Part shown: in pieces, positions 60,764 to 64,000 of the stretch
Numbering within the stretch: position 1 is the stretch's first letter
How the letters are laid out: each line of letters opens with the position of its first letter
Origin: Podarcis erhardii
Taxonomy: Eukaryota
Assembly (NCBI GenBank): GCA_964252035.1
Contig: OZ176201.1
Reading direction: 5' to 3' (one strand)
Length of the DNA stretch: 64,000 nt
The notes under the pieces: generated by a model
The model's database searches: none
Told to the model about the DNA's origin: nothing
The model's input: the letters and a program-made list of their open reading frames with translations, nothing else
Position numbers and translations under genes: made by a program

Positions 60764-62502
60764 GATGGTCCTATACAATGTAATAAAGAAAATGAAAAAC
60801 TGTATGGTTGCAAATTTGGCAGGCATGAGAGAATGAGGGCGTTTTTTGTAGTCACCCCCAGATTAGAACTCCCTCCTCACCGAAGTGTGGACAGCATCAA
60901 TGTCACCATTCTTTAAAGGTGCAATCCTAAATAAAGTCACAAAGAATAGGCCCAACTGAATAAAAACAACCTTGCTTTCAAGCAAACATGCATTGGACTA
61001 AAATGTTTTTTTAAAACTATTTATTTCAGGCCACTTTTTCTTGATTTAGGTTTTTGCATTTTACTGGCTTAAATCAGAATCCTTTTTATCTTCAGCAACT
61101 CCTATTTGCTGTTTTATTTAACTGGCCTATGTTCTTCATGTGTTTAAATGACTTTTTGTGCTTTGTTGCCAGATCAATTGTCTGTGTTTGCTTTCTGAAT
61201 TGTATTATGTTTTTATGATATGTAAGCTGCCTTGTAAGAGCACATTGATCAAATAAATAATAAATTACCAGCTTTCATTCATCTATTGCCCATTTTCCAA
61301 CACTGTGCACCATGCATTATTCATGCGCTCCCAAGTACACAACCATGTCATCTACAAATGACATTTGCCAACAGACATAGAGTTTCCACCAAAATGTCAT
61401 CTACAGCTAGAATTTGTTGAATGCAGAGGTTTGCCCTCAACCAAACTTCTGAATAATTCTGTGAAATAAAACAAAGTGTTTTCATAAGGCTAAGGAGGTT
61501 TCTAAGGTGAGGTTTGCACACCCAAATTACTGAAAGAAGTATGAAGAAGAAGAAAACATCAATAATATAATCTTATTCATATATCATTGCCAGCCTGTGT
61601 CCTTTTGACTTACACATTCTGCATTATGGTGTCAGAAGAGATACTCAAGGAGTGGCCTCAAGATACTGAACTCCAGGGTTCCATTTTGTGTTCCATTTTG
61701 AAGTTTGGAAGAAATACATGGTGGGAAATAGTTTTTCTAAAAGGATCAATTATTTTCTGAAGCCTGTAGGCCGCACACCCATTCCATGACATTATCAATG
61801 CCTTGCCAAACTTCTGAACTTGTCCCAATCCTATAGAAGTAGACTGAGCCTTCCCTGTGGCCTATAACCCCTGAAACCTTGGTAATTATTTCAGGGTGTT
61901 GTTGCTGTTGTTTGATGGGGTGGGCTAAGGTCAGCATGTGGGGTGGATTTAAAACAAAGGCCTGGCTTCACATTCTTAGCTGCAAAACTAATTGGGCAAA
62001 GTTGAGGTCAGTCATTCCTTCAAGTTTAATTACTTCACAGTGTTGTTTTGAGAATAAAATAGGAGGGACCCCATGTGCTGCTTCAAGTTGGAGAATGAAA
62101 AATATATTTAATTTCATTGATTTTTTTAAAAAGTAAAAAAAAAAGATTGTTTAAAGTCTAGCAATGGCTCCAAAACTTGGTACAGAATATGAGTTGTACA
62201 GCTCATCATGTTCTGAAGCAATATACGTTGAACATTATTTCCCCCAGAGTTCTTCTATAGCTCAGAATAGAAAATGAGATACAATGAGGAAAGCGAGTGG
62301 TTTTTAACTTACTCTATTTTTAGACCGAGTCCTGGACACCAACTGCTGCTCACACACAGGTAAGAAAAAGAAGAAAGGGGAATTGTTAAGCTTCTACAGA
62401 TCTGTGGCTAAGCCCAGGAGGTAAGGAAAGTGTTATGATTTGCATTCAGCAATGCATCTGAGAGGAATTATCTTATGTTTTGTTATGAGCTAAAGAGGTT
62501 AA

Positions 62503-62781
62503 CAGTGGCGTGCGGTGAAAATTTTCATGGGGGAACAGTTAGGACTAGATGCGCCAACTTGCAAGGGCAAGGGGGGGGGATGAGCATTGTGCCTCCCTCC
62601 CTAAGCCAGGCATAAGCTTTCTAGGCTTTGGGAAGGTGGCAAGAGGGCTCTTGGACCCTGTCAGAACATCACAGCTCCCTCCCTAAGTTGGGCAGAAGCA
62701 TCCCGAGCTTTGGGAAGGAGGCACCAGGCTTTAATGCTCTAATTTACCTAGTCCCCCTAGTCCACTGACCACACACCACGG
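62503..62781. mobile_element. Decayed hAT element (CAGTGGCG TIR)
   Basis: CAGTGGCGTG ... CACACCACGG; flanks gaggttaa / gaggttat (7/8). Confidence 0.55.
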
Positions 62782-63486
62782 GAGGTTATGCAGTTTGAGC
62801 TAAAGAGGTTGAGAAATCACAGGGCAAGAAACAGCCGTCAGAGTCTGTAGTAAACATATTTGCTCATATTAATGGTGCTGGTTGCATTTGGAGATTCTCC
62901 TGAGATTGGTTAAGCAAGATCTGTGACTGCACAGCAACTCCATCTCCTCAAGGTTTGGAAGCTTGGGGACTTGCTTATCTAGCCCCTAGAGCTTTAGAAA
63001 TTTCTTTTGGGGGTTGGTTGAGCTGAGTCCAGTTTACAACATTCAGATGAGATTTTAAGTCAGTTTAACACAATGGGACAGTTTTCTTTTCTTTTGTAAA
63101 AAATATTGTTAATTGGTGAACCCTTTCCAAATTCCAAAATAGATCGATGTGGATGACTTTAGAAGTGATGGACCAAGTCTAAGAATTTCAAGACTCTGCA
63201 GTGACAATGTAGTGCTTTAAAATGACACCCAAAACAAGAGAATAAATACCAACTGGTTCTACCTGCCATCTTCTACATCATTCCCATCTCACTCTGTCGT
63301 ACTCAAAGGAGAGTGCAGCAGATCTGTTCTCCACTGCAGTTCCCTTGCTCCCAGCACCGAGTATTAAAAATTAATTCACATAAATACGTTTCACAGCTAG
63401 AAGAGTTAATTAGATTGCATCCATTTAGTTTCTAAACCATTAAATAAAGTTTTTGCATTGATTTACAGATTATAGGCTTGTTCATC

Positions 63487-63487
<1 letters not shown>

Positions 63488-63532
<45 letters not shown>
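63488..63532. repeat. (CAG)15 microsatellite; (CUG)15 in the GRM7 pre-mRNA orientation
   Basis: Direct reading. Confidence 0.95.
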
Positions 63533-63535
<3 letters not shown>

Positions 63536-64000
63536 TTATTTCCATTTTCTATTCCAAACACAGTTTCTTCATGGAAATCAATACTGACCTTTGTAAAGCA
63601 AGAAATAAATGCGAAGAGCTCTAAAGGCCAAGCTTTAAAATGTTAAATTTTTTAAATAGTTGTGGTTAATACTAGAAGAGAAAAACAACAAAGTCTGAAG
63701 GCGCCAATATTTTGCTTCTCTGTGAAACTGCAAATAAAAGGGACCAATACGTCAGTTATTAAAAATGCAACTGCCTATGATGCTTCGGTGCCGAAGACTC
63801 TTGACGCAAAATGTATTAAACACGTGCAATGATTACATCAGTCTAAATCAAGCGCGGCTTGCAGACGTTGTTGGACTCCAATTCCTATCAGCCCCAGCCG
63901 CTTGAGGGCCACAGGTCCGTCACCCTGGTCTAAATCTCAAGGGACAATGAGATTAGGCAAGGATGGCATCAACTCAGACAATTCTGAGAAATTACAGCAT

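Overview
Eukaryotic, repeat-rich vertebrate DNA, most likely from a squamate (lacertid-type) lizard; the taxon is inferred from Sauria SINEs and the L2/CR1/L1/Penelope content. The only host coding sequence I can support is one 217-bp internal exon on the minus strand (13855-13639) of a group III metabotropic glutamate receptor with GRM7-diagnostic residues (equivalent to mammalian exon 2). The rest is most simply read as its flanking introns. These hold many transposon relics: 8 Sauria SINEs, a Squam3-like SINE, L2, CR1 and L1 fragments, at least 14 hAT-type MITEs (most with recognisable 8-bp TSDs) and 5 Tc1/mariner MITEs with TA TSDs. The most interesting signal is a set of Penelope-like retroelement termini carrying minimal type I hammerhead ribozymes (20394-20443, 50796-50833, degenerate at 43992-44027). 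One sits in a TSD-flanked 89-bp inverted duplication whose spacer is a microsatellite made of the ribozyme core heptamer. Another sits in a 1.7-kb composite flanked by a 17-bp TSD (L1-type 5' end with YY1 motif + Penelope GIY-YIG fragment + L1-type A-rich 3' end). All alignments were done by eye; no database searches or folding programs were run.
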